A stretch of 64,000 nt of DNA, from the IMG/VR virus record IMGVR_UViG_3300010430_000007, positions 69,912-133,911 of that record. The stretch is one strand, 5' to 3'. This DNA is from a virus. A program made the translations under genes and the position numbers. The notes beneath the pieces were generated by a model. That model was not told the DNA's origin. It ran no database searches and saw nothing but the letters and a program-made list of their open reading frames with translations. Shown in pieces: positions 39,921-51,434 of this stretch. Position 1 is the first letter of the stretch, and each line of letters begins with the position of its first letter.

Positions 39921-39997
39921 GCAGGATTAGCATAGTTGGTTAATGCAGACGGCTTATATCCGTAAGAGGAGTGGTTCAATTCCACTATCCTGTACCA
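39921..39997 (+). tRNA. tRNA-Ile (anticodon UAU)
   Basis: 77-nt cloverleaf: GCAGGAT/ATCCTGT, GCAT/ATGC, loop CT-TAT-AT, AGTGG-TTCAATT-CCACT, A73, encoded CCA; one G-A mismatch in the anticodon stem. Confidence 0.85.
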
Positions 39998-40236
39998 AAT
40001 TTTACAGTATATCATAGACCAACAGTTATAATGGTGTTATACCATACCTCCTCTAAACCAGTCAGTCTCATAGCTGACTGGGACTGTTGGGTAATCGCTT
40101 AAGGTTGTGACTTGGTGGAGTTGTGAGTTTAGGTGTGTATATGAATAGGGTAGCTCCCGACAAGAATAGTAAACCTTAACTATTCTTTCATATGCGTTTT
40201 AAATAAGGTGAATACTGAAAAGGTGAGTGATTAATC

Positions 40237-42888
40237 ATGGGAAAGAAAAGAAAAACCAAAGAAGAATGGGAGTGTCTGTATGGAAAAGATATTGTATTTG
40301 ATTTACATACAATGGATGATAGGCAATTATCTAAAAAATATCATATATCCAACTCTGATGTTACTATTCTAAGAAGACAGTTCGAACTTCGCTCGTGTCA
40401 AGTAGTTAAACAATTAAATGAAGAGCATATAAAAAAGATTACCGATTATGTACTTTCTTGAGATAGAAAAGGTGGTTTTACTAATGGTCTATTCAAAGGA
40501 AGTATTGAAAATGCGTCTGTAGTATTTAAATATATTTTAGATGAAAAGTATAAATATAATAGAGAAGATATATGCAGCAATTTGTGTTCTAAATTTATGA
40601 AAGACAATAAATTGGCTGGGATGTTAATCTCAGTTCCTGCGTCCTTGTATGAAGTGATAGAATATACTTATCCCGACTACAACATTAAAAAATGGGAATT
40701 AACAAAATCAACTGTTGGTGGGATGTGGAAAGACGAAAGTTTTGTGTTAGATGCATTAGATTGGGCAAAAGAAAAGCTTCATCATAAATATAACTGTAAA
40801 AATATTTATGATGTATATTTAATTAAAAACAAGACAATTAAAGGTTTGGTAAAAGAGATAAGATTGTCTGGACTTACAACTCAGAAATTCGAGGGCTCTG
40901 AACTTAAGCTTTTCGAATTTATGTATGGAGAGAAATTAGATAAAAAGGTTTTGAATGAAAAAATGTTTTCTTTTGAACTAAACCCAATTATAAATATAGA
41001 GAGTTTGAAAAACATTGGCTCAGTATATGTTATAAATGATTCATATTATGAATTATGTGATATTGGGAAAACTCTTTGTAATGATATAATAAGATATTGT
41101 GAGGAAAACAACAAGTACCCATTAGAAAAAGAAATCAGAGGCACAAATGGATTTATATCAATAACTCAATTTGAGAAGTATTTTGGTAGCCGAGAGCCAG
41201 ACAAAAGCTATAGAAAACATATAAATGAAGTGAAATATTTAGAACCTCAATGTAAAAACAACTTGGCTAAAAATAATCCGAATTTAGTAATTAAATATAT
41301 AAATAACAAAGAGTGTGATGTATGTAATAAGTTACTATCCATATCAAAATTTAAATATGGCTCAAACAGATGCAGAGATTGTTCAAATAAAATATCAAGC
41401 CAATTATCAAAAATAAGAAATTATAATAAAAAGTATAATTTACAAATTTCAAATATGAATGATTTGTCTCCAATTGAATGGCATGATTTATATATTAGTC
41501 AAAAGATGAAGCAAATGCCATTTCATTTGTACAACAAAGAGTCCATGATGGCAATAGTTAGGCATTGTATATTGGTAAAAGAAGGCATGTCAATAGACGA
41601 TATAGCATGGAATAAATTAAAAACAAGCACCCTTGGTAAACATAGATTAAAAATGGGTGTCAACACTGTTTTTGGAAACAAAGCTGAAATGATGAATTAT
41701 TGTTTCCCAGAAATGCCATATAAAATAGAGGATGACAAGTGTAGGAATATAATGTATTCGTCAGACATTGGGATAAATATGATAATAGAAGATTATATAC
41801 AAAGAAAAGAAATATCAATAGACGACATAATATCAAAACAAGTCATAGAAGTTGATGATTTTGACTTACTATCATTAATAAGCTCAAAAGATTATTTTTC
41901 TTCGTATTCAGATATTTGGAATTGGTATTTTAAATATAATGGAATAAACAAAAGAAAAGAGACCTCTATAAATTCAACTAGAACCTATCCAATTGGGTAT
42001 ATGGATATAAGAGAGAATAGAATCAACGTTATAAAAAATTATTGTGAAGACATAGCTAAAACAAGTATATTAGATGTTATAAATAATGAAGATAAATTAA
42101 TAGAGTGGACTAATTTATTCTACAAGTCTAATTGTTTAAAGGGAATATTTTCATATTCACATCACTACAATTCCCTATATGAATCTCTTACAGACGCATA
42201 CCCATCAATACTGAAAAACAAGACTATGTTTGATTGGGAATGATTGCAATGCTCAAGAAATGATAGAGATTTTTTAATAAAAGCAATGAGAGAGTTTATT
42301 TTATATAGGTGTGATTTTAAATGTCTATTAAAAGATATTCCTAGACATATAAATAGAGTTTTTATAAAAGAAAACTGTTCTAAATTTCAGAAACAGATTG
42401 ATAAAAATAGATTCAATAATTATTATGAATGGTGTTGCTTATCATTTCCAGAATACTCAAGTGATTGGAAATTGTCAGATTTTGAAACATGTGTTGCTTT
42501 TGATAATACAGTTTGTGACAGCTTAGAGGAGATGGGAGTATATGAAAAACTAAAGAGATTTGAGCCAAAGATTCAGTATATAGGTTCAAAAATAAATAGT
42601 CGCCATACTTTTATAGGAAAATACAATAATAAAAAGTGTAGATTTTGTCCAGATTTTGTAATTGAAGAGATTTCAGATAAACCAATATATATAGAGTATT
42701 ATGGAATGTATGAAGAAAATAGTAAGTCTGAAATATTTATAAATTATAAAAATAAAACCATAGCAAAAAATAATTTTTATAAAAACAACAATGATATATA
42801 TTTTATAGATATATATAGAGAAGACTTGAAAAATATGGATAAAATTTATAGTTGGATAGATTCTTTAAGGAGAGAAAATAATGATTAA
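40237..42888 (+). CDS. large repeat-containing PD-(D/E)XK nuclease; one frame of 883 codons broken by two in-frame TGA (40459-61, 42241-43)
   Basis: track ORFs 40237..40461, 40582..42243 and 42244..42888 share one frame, and the gap 40462-40581 is open; C-terminal PDF...IYIEYYG motif; W-rich DUF4046-like repeats. Confidence 0.65.
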
Positions 42889-43096
42889 TGAAAAAGAAAT
42901 CAGAGAAAAAGCTAGAAACCAACAGAAACAACTAGGTAAATTTTGGCTGTTTATTATAGTTACAATCTTATCTTTGTCATGTCCAGTATTATTGGGACTG
43001 ATAGTCTTTATAATTGTAGTCAAACTTATTATAGATTACAGTGCGAAGAAAAATGCAACGGAGATTAAAAATGCATTGGAAAACGAGGAGGAATAG
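42881..43096 (+). CDS. small membrane protein
   Basis: hydrophobic core, 71 aa. Confidence 0.55.
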   Translation: MINEKEIREKARNQQKQLGKFWLFIIVTILSLSCPVLLGLIVFIIVVKLIIDYSAKKNATEIKNALENEEE

Positions 43097-43097
43097 T

Positions 43098-43556
43098 ATG
43101 AAAAAATATTTAGAAATTACAGAAAAAATGAGAATGGTTGATGATATTATTGATGCATGCATTACAGACGGTAAGTTGGATGTTGTTCAACTAGAAGAAT
43201 CTAGAGTTCTCTATATCACACTATATTATGACGGAGACGATAGATTTATTAAAGACGGATTTGGTAAAATTCTAGGCATAGAAACATATGATAAGCTTAT
43301 GAAAAATGGTGAGTTCGATAAACACATAAAGAGAAAAATACCAAAAAAAGAATATCAATTGCTAATGACATTAATAGAAGAGTCCGTGAAGGAAAAATTA
43401 AGACAATCAAACACAGTTGCGGGTATCTTCAATCATATTTCTCAATTAGACTTAGAGGGAATTATGAAAGAATTCAAGGATTTAGACTTAGACAAATTCA
43501 AACAAGTGTCAAAGCTTATTAAAGCAAATAATGGAATATCAGAAAAGGTGAAGTAG
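43098..43556 (+). CDS. tail assembly protein candidate
   Basis: GAGGAGG RBS before ATG 43098; precedes the tape-measure cluster. Confidence 0.5.
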   Translation: MKKYLEITEKMRMVDDIIDACITDGKLDVVQLEESRVLYITLYYDGDDRFIKDGFGKILGIETYDKLMKNGEFDKHIKRKIPKKEYQLLMTLIEESVKEKLRQSNTVAGIFNHISQLDLEGIMKEFKDLDLDKFKQVSKLIKANNGISEKVK

Positions 43557-44018
43557 ATGGCATCGGTTGATTTTGTTATTTCTAATAAAGTAAAAAAACT
43601 AGAAAAGGACATGAAAACCATCCCGACAAAACTACAATCTTTGTTTGAAAAAGAATGGGAAAAATCAATAAATGATACAATATATTCAACACCAGAGGGC
43701 AATTCATACGAACGTACTATGGGAATGATAAGTTCAATAACTTCTGAAACATATTCAGACTCTTCTGGAATTTATGTTTCCGTGTTTAATGATTATTTAA
43801 AATTACCATACGTTGCTTTTGAATCTCATAGTAGCTGGGTGACAGGAGAAGATGTCCGCGGTTTAATACCAGAATTTCTAGCGAGAGGACATAAGGGTAT
43901 AGTGCATTATTCACCTACAAATTATGATGAATTGACGTATCTTAGATTGGTTTCACAAAAGAAGTATTTGAAAATAATAAAGAGAGAATTGAAGTCAAAA
44001 GGGTATAGAGTTAAATAA
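43557..44018 (+). CDS. neck/tail-completion protein (HK97 gp10-like candidate)
   Basis: YERTMGMISSI motif; position. Confidence 0.5.
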   Translation: MASVDFVISNKVKKLEKDMKTIPTKLQSLFEKEWEKSINDTIYSTPEGNSYERTMGMISSITSETYSDSSGIYVSVFNDYLKLPYVAFESHSSWVTGEDVRGLIPEFLARGHKGIVHYSPTNYDELTYLRLVSQKKYLKIIKRELKSKGYRVK

Positions 44019-44061
44019 CTCATATCCTTTTTTCGTGTAGAATGAAGGAAGGTGATGTTAT

Positions 44062-47000
44062 TTGGCTAATGATAGAATAGACGTTGGGTTACGATTGTAT
44101 GTAGACAAATCCAGTGAAACATCTGTAAAGAAAAAAATAGAGACATTAAAGAAACAACTAGAGTCTGTAAAAAGAAATGAGACAAAGTTAACCGCTGATG
44201 AGTTGAATATTCAAAAAAAGATTTTACAGAATGAAAATCAGTTGCTCAAAAATAAAAAAGAAGAAATAAATTTAGCTATACAGAAACAAAAGCTGGAGTC
44301 GGCTACATTAACAACAAAGACAAAAGAATTTAATTTACAGAAAAAAACTACATCAGAAACTGAGAAAGCAGTAATTGCCGAAAAGAAAAAAACAGATGAA
44401 TTAAATGCACAAATATTAAAATTAGACCTATTCAAGCAAAAACAAGCTAGAAATGTTCTTGGATTAGAAAGCGGAGGTTTGAGTGAGTCGGTAGACCAAA
44501 CTTCATTGAGTCAGTTTAAAACCGATGTGTCTAATTTAACAGCGGACATGCCAAACTTAGATTCTGAAATGAAGAAGTTAGATTCTAATTTTAAAAATAT
44601 AAAAGTAAGTGCTTCAGCAAGTAATAATGCTTTAAAACAAACGAAAGATACTACAAAATCTTTGGGTCAAGAATTCAAAGATGGATTTGAAAAGTTTTCC
44701 CTAAACATAACATGGGGCTTCGTAGCATAATTCATAAACTACGTTGAAAAATCTCTTCTGATTAATTGGGGAACTCCATTGTATGGACAATCCACAACAA
44801 GCAGGAAATATCCGTGCAGTTGCAACGACTGAGTGAAGAGAATGTCATTTATTATGACAATGCGACAGTCTGAACTATATGGTAACATATAGAGGTTAAG
44901 TCAAGTGTAAAGACACTTTTGGAAGAACTTAGCCCGCTACATCCACATGTAGTCAGTAACCTTTGAGGTGAAAGTAACAGAAAATGATGGCTTGGCATTT
45001 CCACAGTATTTTTCGGTATAGCAAAAGCCGTAAAAAGCTCATATGAAACAGTTAAACTCCTCGACTCGGCAATGTTAGAATTAGCAAAAGTAACAGATTT
45101 AACCAACTCAGAAATGAAGGAATTTCAAGAAACAGCATATGATTTAGCAGATGCGACTGGAAGGACAGTAGACCAGAGTATATTGGCGGTTTCTGAATTT
45201 CGCAAGATGGGATTTTCACTAAGTGAAGCTACTGATTTGGCGAAAGATGCGTTGATTTTTCAGAATATAGCCGATGGGATTGACTCATCATCAGAATCTG
45301 CATCCGTAATAATATCAACATTAAAAGGATTTAACCTAGAGGCTAGTGAAAGTACAAAAATAATCGATTCGTTAAATGAAATTTCAAATAAATATAGTGT
45401 CTCGACCTCTCAGCTTGCAGAAGGCGTAAAAAGAAGTGCAGGAGTTTTAGCTCAAAATAATACAAATTTAGACGAAACAATAGGACTTCTAGAGGGAGGC
45501 ATTTCTGTACTTCGTAATGCAGAAAAAGTAAGTTCAGGGTTGATAACTATTTCACAAAGATTACGTGGAATTTCGGAAGATGGAGAAGATTTAACTCCGA
45601 AATTACAAGGTTTATTTGACAAAGTAAGTATATCTATTACAGACGCAAATGGAGAACTTCGTTCTACTTTTGACATATTACAAGATTTATCAAAAGTAGA
45701 TTTCTCTGAATTCGAGCAGGGGTCGTTATTGCAGGCACAGATATTCGAGGCTGTATCTGGAAAACGTCAAGCACCAGTATTGTCTGCAATAATTTCTCAA
45801 TTTGAGGAAATAGAGAATGTCGTTGTTGATAGCGCTAATAGTTTAAATTCAGCAGAAGAAGAGCAATCTAGATATTTAGAAAGTATAGAAGGTAAACTAA
45901 ATGACTTGACAAACAGTGCACAAGAGTTTTGGGCAACCTTTCTAAGTACAGAATTTGTAAAAGGAACAATAGATTTTCTAACAATTTTCGTAGATGCATT
46001 GACAGAGGTGAACAAGGCTTTTGGTTCTATGCCTACATTAATATTTGCGGTATCCCAAGCATTATTAGTATTCAAGGGCGAAGCTACAATAATAGGTTTG
46101 GCTTCAATAGCAGAAGGAATTGGTGCTGTTGGAACTGCTTCTGTTATAGCGGAAGCATCTGTTCTCGGATTGTCAGTGGCATTGGGTGGATTGGCTCTCG
46201 GTGTAGTTATAATAGCTGACATAATAAACGACCTAGAAGAAGCTGAAAAAAGAGTAGAGGGACTTGGACAAGCGTCTTTCTCAGAGTTAACAGCAAAACT
46301 TAACGAACTAGAAGAAGCACAAAAGAAAGCCACAACTACTGGTCAATGGTCTGTTCTTGAAAAGCAAATTCAAGAAGTTAAAAATGCCATGAACGAATTA
46401 AAGATGGTTGGTAGCGATACAGCAGACCAAATCTACGACGACCTCTTACGTGAAAAAGGTGCTCGTGAAGAAGTTGCAGAATCAGCTGGATATCAAATCA
46501 ACAAACAAAAAGCACTTGAAGCTATGCAAGCAAAAGAAGATGAACGTATTCAATTTTTAATTGACAATTACGACCTTCTTTCAGACCGCAAAAAAGCAGA
46601 AGCTGATAATCATATTAATAATGAGATTGACAAAACAAACGCAACTATTGAAGCAGTTAAAAAACGTATAAAAGCATATCAGGCTGAATTGTCAGCAATA
46701 ATAGCAACGGCAACTGGCGAGGATGCACTCAGGGCAGAAAAACAATTTCTTAAATTAATTCCACACCTAGAAGAGTCTATAGATGATTTAACGTTTAAAA
46801 GAAATGAGTTGCTTCAAACAAAAGAAAAGATGCATAGTGCGGACAAAAAAGAAAAGAAAGCTAAAGAAGACCTAACTAAAGCACAACGAGAACTTTTAGC
46901 AATCAATCATCAACTAGCCTTAACTCAAGAAGACCTTTCACAAGCATCAGATGACTCGACTTCAAAAATACCAATCCTCAACGCTCTTATCGACCTACAA

Positions 47001-48305
47001 AAAGATAAATTCCACGCACTAGCAAACTCAATTGCAGAAGTTGAAGAGCAATATAAAAAAGGTGACATCTCTCTTGATGAATACAATGAGCAAATGCGTG
47101 ATTTTGAATTACAACAAGAGAAAACTACGACTGCCATAAAAGGATTTATTAGAGAGGCAGAAGGTTTAATTTTAGATGAGCAAAAAGAATCACTCAAAGA
47201 ATACAACGATCAATTAGAAGAACTCACCGACACTCTAGACACCGCACTATCAGAAGCAATGGATAAACTCCAAGATAAACGTGATAACGCACTCGACTCA
47301 ATCCAATCTGAAATTGATGCACTTAAAGATGAAAAAGAAGCAATCAAAGATGAAAATGACGAACGTGAGCGTGCAATTAGATTACGTGACTTAGAACAAA
47401 ACCAACGTGAGGCATTAGAACGTCTAACTAGTCGTCAAAAAGAATTAGATGTTAAAATGGTTGTAGGCGATAAGATTGTGAATGTTGCAGACCCTAGAGC
47501 AGTGGCACAAGCTCAAGAAGATTTGGCAGATGCAACTAAGGCTCTCGAAGATGAACGCAGACAACAACGTGAAGACGCTCGTATCCGTGAACTTGAAGCA
47601 GAAATTTCCAAACTTGAAAAAGAAAAAGATGAAACTAAAAAATCTTATGACACTAGAATTTCCGACCTTAAAAAATTCCAAGATGAGTATAAAACTCAAA
47701 TTGAGAAAGACGGCAAGATTCAAGAGTCACTAATGGAAACCATAACCAATGCTCTACGTTCTATAAACGCTTCTTATTTCGAAGATACTATCGCAGGGTA
47801 TAAAGATATGGTCTCTGAAATAAATGGCGTTCTAGGTAACATACAAGACGTACAAGGGTTAATTGAAAGTGGAGATACTGGAGCACCATCGGGTAGTAGA
47901 AAAACTTCAAATGGCGGAGTAGTTCCTTCTAGCACAACTGGAACAGTTAAAAAAGGCTCAACCTACACATACACGAACCCGGCTACAGGAAAGAAAACTA
48001 CCTACCGAGTTAAACATGACGGGCTTCGTTCTGGTGACGTAATGGGAAACAATCTACTAGGCTCTCGTGAAGTAGCAGGAATACTTGAAAATAATGAATC
48101 AGTATTAACAGGTTCGCAAACTAACGGTCTATTCAATATAATTGACGCAATTAAAAATTTACCAACAATGTTGCCACAATCACAAACAGCAGGTGGAGTC
48201 ACTATACAAGGTGATATCATCATGCCTGATACAGTAACAGACGCACCTTCATTCGCACGTGAACTACAAAATTTAACAAGAGTCATGAATAACAAATCAA
48301 TCTAG
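44062..48305 (+). CDS. tail tape-measure protein, spliced: join(44062..44702,44987..48305), 1319 aa
   Basis: removing 44703-44986 restores EKFSLWLGISTVFFG and fuses two ORFs; TP901-type core LELAKVT...GRT...SEF.KMGFS; long coiled coils. Confidence 0.85.
44703..44986 (+). mobile_element. group I intron (284 nt, no ORF)
   Basis: 5' exon ends in U, intron ends in G; P1 CCCU/GGGG with a U-G pair at the splice site; P7-like GACTG/CAGTC (AACGACTGAG...GACAGTCTGAAC); reading frame restored. Confidence 0.88.
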
Positions 48306-48315
48306 GAGGGATTAT

Positions 48316-49380
48316 ATGGCTGTAAGAATACCAAATGTAACCTCTCCTATTGATGGAGTAGGTGTAGATGCAACAAATCCAATTGATGTAGCTTGGGAGT
48401 TTCAAGCTGATGCAGGAGAAACCCAAGATAGCTATCAAGTAATTATATATTTAATGACAGATGGTTCGATTTCACACGATAGTGGAGTTGTATCATCTTC
48501 ATCTGAAATTTACACAATACCATCGAGTACATTAATAAATGGGAATACTTATTTTGGAACTGTATCCACAACATCAGGAGCAGTAACTAAAACTACTCGT
48601 ATTCCATTCACATTCAACACTTTAACAACTCCAACGTTAACCATTGACCCATTGGGTGCAGTAGGACAATTTGTAATACCTACAGCTACTTATACTCAAG
48701 CAGAAGGAGTTCCTGTTAAAACTTTCCAATGGAGATTATATGACAATAGTGACGTATTGATTGTAGAGAATCCAATTAAATTTGGTCAAGTAATTACAGA
48801 TGTATTTATAGGACTAGCAAACGGAGTAACTTATAAACTTGAAGTTGAAGTAGTAAATCAGAATGAAGTAATAACAATTAGTGCTAGAGAATCGTTCGTG
48901 CCAAGTTATACTATACCAGAAGACGCACCTTCAATTGTAGTGGAAGGACTTCCTGAGAAATCAGGTATATCAGTCAACTACGAAGATATCGTTGTAATCG
49001 ATGGACAAGTGACAGGAACAACATCATTTGTTGCAGGTAAATTCAACAAGAGTTTAAAACTTGATGATGGATGTTTATTATGGGATTTAGCTGACCATTT
49101 AATTCCTAGAAATTTCACATCATCATTCTGGGCTAAAATTGACCCAACACACGATGGAGATTTATGGTTAGTTAAAAAAGGTGGAGCAAGTGGTGACACG
49201 AAGTATAGAGTAGGATATGATTTATCATATGGTAGATTTTATTTAGAACGTGATTATAGATTTACAATGAGTCAACCTATAACTTTACCTACAGGTTATT
49301 TTCAAATTGGAATTACACCAACAACAGTATATTTTATCTCAACAGAGCTAGGGAATAGTTTTGAATTCACATTAAGATAG
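48316..49380 (+). CDS. distal tail/baseplate protein with Ig/FnIII- and LamG-like parts
   Basis: follows the tape measure; beta-rich; FTSSFWAK LamG-like segment. Confidence 0.55.
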   Translation: MAVRIPNVTSPIDGVGVDATNPIDVAWEFQADAGETQDSYQVIIYLMTDGSISHDSGVVSSSSEIYTIPSSTLINGNTYFGTVSTTSGAVTKTTRIPFTFNTLTTPTLTIDPLGAVGQFVIPTATYTQAEGVPVKTFQWRLYDNSDVLIVENPIKFGQVITDVFIGLANGVTYKLEVEVVNQNEVITISARESFVPSYTIPEDAPSIVVEGLPEKSGISVNYEDIVVIDGQVTGTTSFVAGKFNKSLKLDDGCLLWDLADHLIPRNFTSSFWAKIDPTHDGDLWLVKKGGASGDTKYRVGYDLSYGRFYLERDYRFTMSQPITLPTGYFQIGITPTTVYFISTELGNSFEFTLR

Positions 49381-49390
49381 GGAGGTATTT

Positions 49391-50278
49391 ATGGCAATAG
49401 TAGGAAGAACAATAATTAATGGAAACTCTATAATAGTGACAGCGATACCTCCTGCTGATGAAAATTTTGATTACTTAGAAATGTGTGGAAATTTTACAGT
49501 AGATGAATTACAGATATTAAATAAAGTATTGACAATTGAAGAATTAAAAGACCAAACTGGAGAGCAAGTATTCGGAACATTCCATATATTATTAGCCCAC
49601 TTTGAAGATAACTTAAAAGGAGGTAACTTTGACAGTGGTGGCTTAACTATCACAAGCTGGAATATATTAAGAAAAAAAGAAGGCGAAGCAAGTTACACAT
49701 TAATAGCAAATGTATCGGCTACTGCTCCTAGTGAATATTTAGATATTAGAGCGGCTAGTGGACAAGATTATAGATATGCAGTACAGGCAGTGGCAAGTGG
49801 AACAGCAGGTGACTTAGTAGAGAGTGAGGTGGTAAGTATGAGTTTCCACGGATGGAGTTTACAATCATTAGATTATGACGGATTAGGAAACGGTACAATT
49901 TATGTATTTGATACTGAAATATCTTCAGACAGTTTAAAAGTGAATATGGATAGAACAAGAGTAGAGACACATTTCAAATATCCTAAAACATATTATGGAG
50001 AATTAGAATATATCAATGGCGGATTAAAAACTATGCCAATCTCTTGCAATGAAGAACAAATAGTTGAGCCAAACAGTGCTATACTTGGAGCTATTAAATC
50101 ATTCATTAATGATAAAAACGAAAAAATTCTAAAGAATGGTAGTGGAGAAGTTTATAGAGTGTCTACTCATGAATTCTCATGGAAATATAGAGATATACTT
50201 ACGAATCACAATGACGCAAATCCAAACTCTCAGCCATTTGATATAAACTTTAAATTCGATGAGGTAGGTGCTGTATAA
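49391..50278 (+). CDS. distal tail protein candidate (FnIII-like)
   Basis: WNILRK...YLD..A.SG.DYRYAVQAV. Confidence 0.55.
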   Translation: MAIVGRTIINGNSIIVTAIPPADENFDYLEMCGNFTVDELQILNKVLTIEELKDQTGEQVFGTFHILLAHFEDNLKGGNFDSGGLTITSWNILRKKEGEASYTLIANVSATAPSEYLDIRAASGQDYRYAVQAVASGTAGDLVESEVVSMSFHGWSLQSLDYDGLGNGTIYVFDTEISSDSLKVNMDRTRVETHFKYPKTYYGELEYINGGLKTMPISCNEEQIVEPNSAILGAIKSFINDKNEKILKNGSGEVYRVSTHEFSWKYRDILTNHNDANPNSQPFDINFKFDEVGAV

Positions 50279-51423
50279 TGAGTGACTACTTAATAGAAGC
50301 AAGAAGTTCAATAAGTACTTTTGTAATTAAAGTAGAGTTATTAGACAAAGATGAAAATGTAATAAGAGAAATAACAGACGCAATAATAGGTGGAGATGTA
50401 AGCAGAGACTTTCAAATTGGGTCAAGAGCCAGTGCGAATTTGACAATTGATAATGGAGAAGGGGATTACTCATTAGACCCAAATACAACTGCCACTAGCA
50501 AGGTGTGGTTGGATAATAAATTTAGAGTATATACAGGATTAGAAATAAATGGAGTATCAACATTTTTTAGTCAAGGAATATTTGTGATAGGTGAATATAA
50601 TGAAGTCACAAGCACATCAACCACATCAACTGCATCTTACACACTATGGGATAAATTTTCATTATTAGACGGAACAAGGTCTGGAGTGATTGTAAATTCA
50701 TTTATAATTCCAAATGGAACAAATGCATCTCAAGCAGTCAGAATAGTTTTACAGCATGCACAAGATGAAAAGATACCAATTGCGTATGATGTAAAAGGGC
50801 TAATAGGTGTGAATACAACTGAAACAATCCAAAAGGAAATCTATGTCGATGCAGGTAGGACATACTTTGATGTTTTAAATGAAATATGTAGATTTATAAA
50901 CTATACAATATTCTTTGATAAAAATGGGTATCCTAATTTTGTTCCTGTCAGCGTTCCAGAGGATGAAGCGTCAATTCTAGAGCTTGGAGAAGATGATATC
51001 TTAGTAGCAAATGTAGATAAAAGATTTCTAGTTAAAGATATTAGAAACTCAGTAAGAACGACAAGTGATGATTGGGGAAATGGAGTTATATATGACTTCA
51101 CCGCTGAAAATAATGAACCAACTAGTGAATTAAGAATAGATAGAATTGGATTAATATCAGAATATCTTTATAACGATTTGCTTTCTACCGAAACACAAGC
51201 TGAAGATACCGCAGAGTATTTTTTAGATTTACACAGTAGAGTTTTAGAATCAGCAAATCTCACTATATTGCCACTTGACAACATAGATGAGGGAGAAATA
51301 ATAGAAGTAACAAAATCTGCTGTAGGGTTGGATGCCGCTAGAATGCAAATAAATCAGATAAATATACCTCTATTCAAAAGAGGAACTGCAACTATTAATG
51401 CAAGTAGAACTGTAAAACTATAG
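50278..51423 (+). CDS. baseplate hub/Tal-like protein
   Basis: IFFDKNGYPNF and IRNSVR pattern of hub proteins; position. Confidence 0.6.
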   Translation: MSDYLIEARSSISTFVIKVELLDKDENVIREITDAIIGGDVSRDFQIGSRASANLTIDNGEGDYSLDPNTTATSKVWLDNKFRVYTGLEINGVSTFFSQGIFVIGEYNEVTSTSTTSTASYTLWDKFSLLDGTRSGVIVNSFIIPNGTNASQAVRIVLQHAQDEKIPIAYDVKGLIGVNTTETIQKEIYVDAGRTYFDVLNEICRFINYTIFFDKNGYPNFVPVSVPEDEASILELGEDDILVANVDKRFLVKDIRNSVRTTSDDWGNGVIYDFTAENNEPTSELRIDRIGLISEYLYNDLLSTETQAEDTAEYFLDLHSRVLESANLTILPLDNIDEGEIIEVTKSAVGLDAARMQINQINIPLFKRGTATINASRTVKL

Positions 51424-51434
51424 GAGGTGGAATT

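Noticed and set aside
40089-40099. GGGTAATCGCT resembling the 5' part of type B RNase P RNA
   Set aside because: The essential GAGGAAAGTCC core and the matching 3' P4 strand were not found.
40459-42243. Selenocysteine at the two TGA codons
   Set aside because: No SECIS-like hairpin recognised directly after either codon, and the contexts look Trp-like rather than redox Cys-like.
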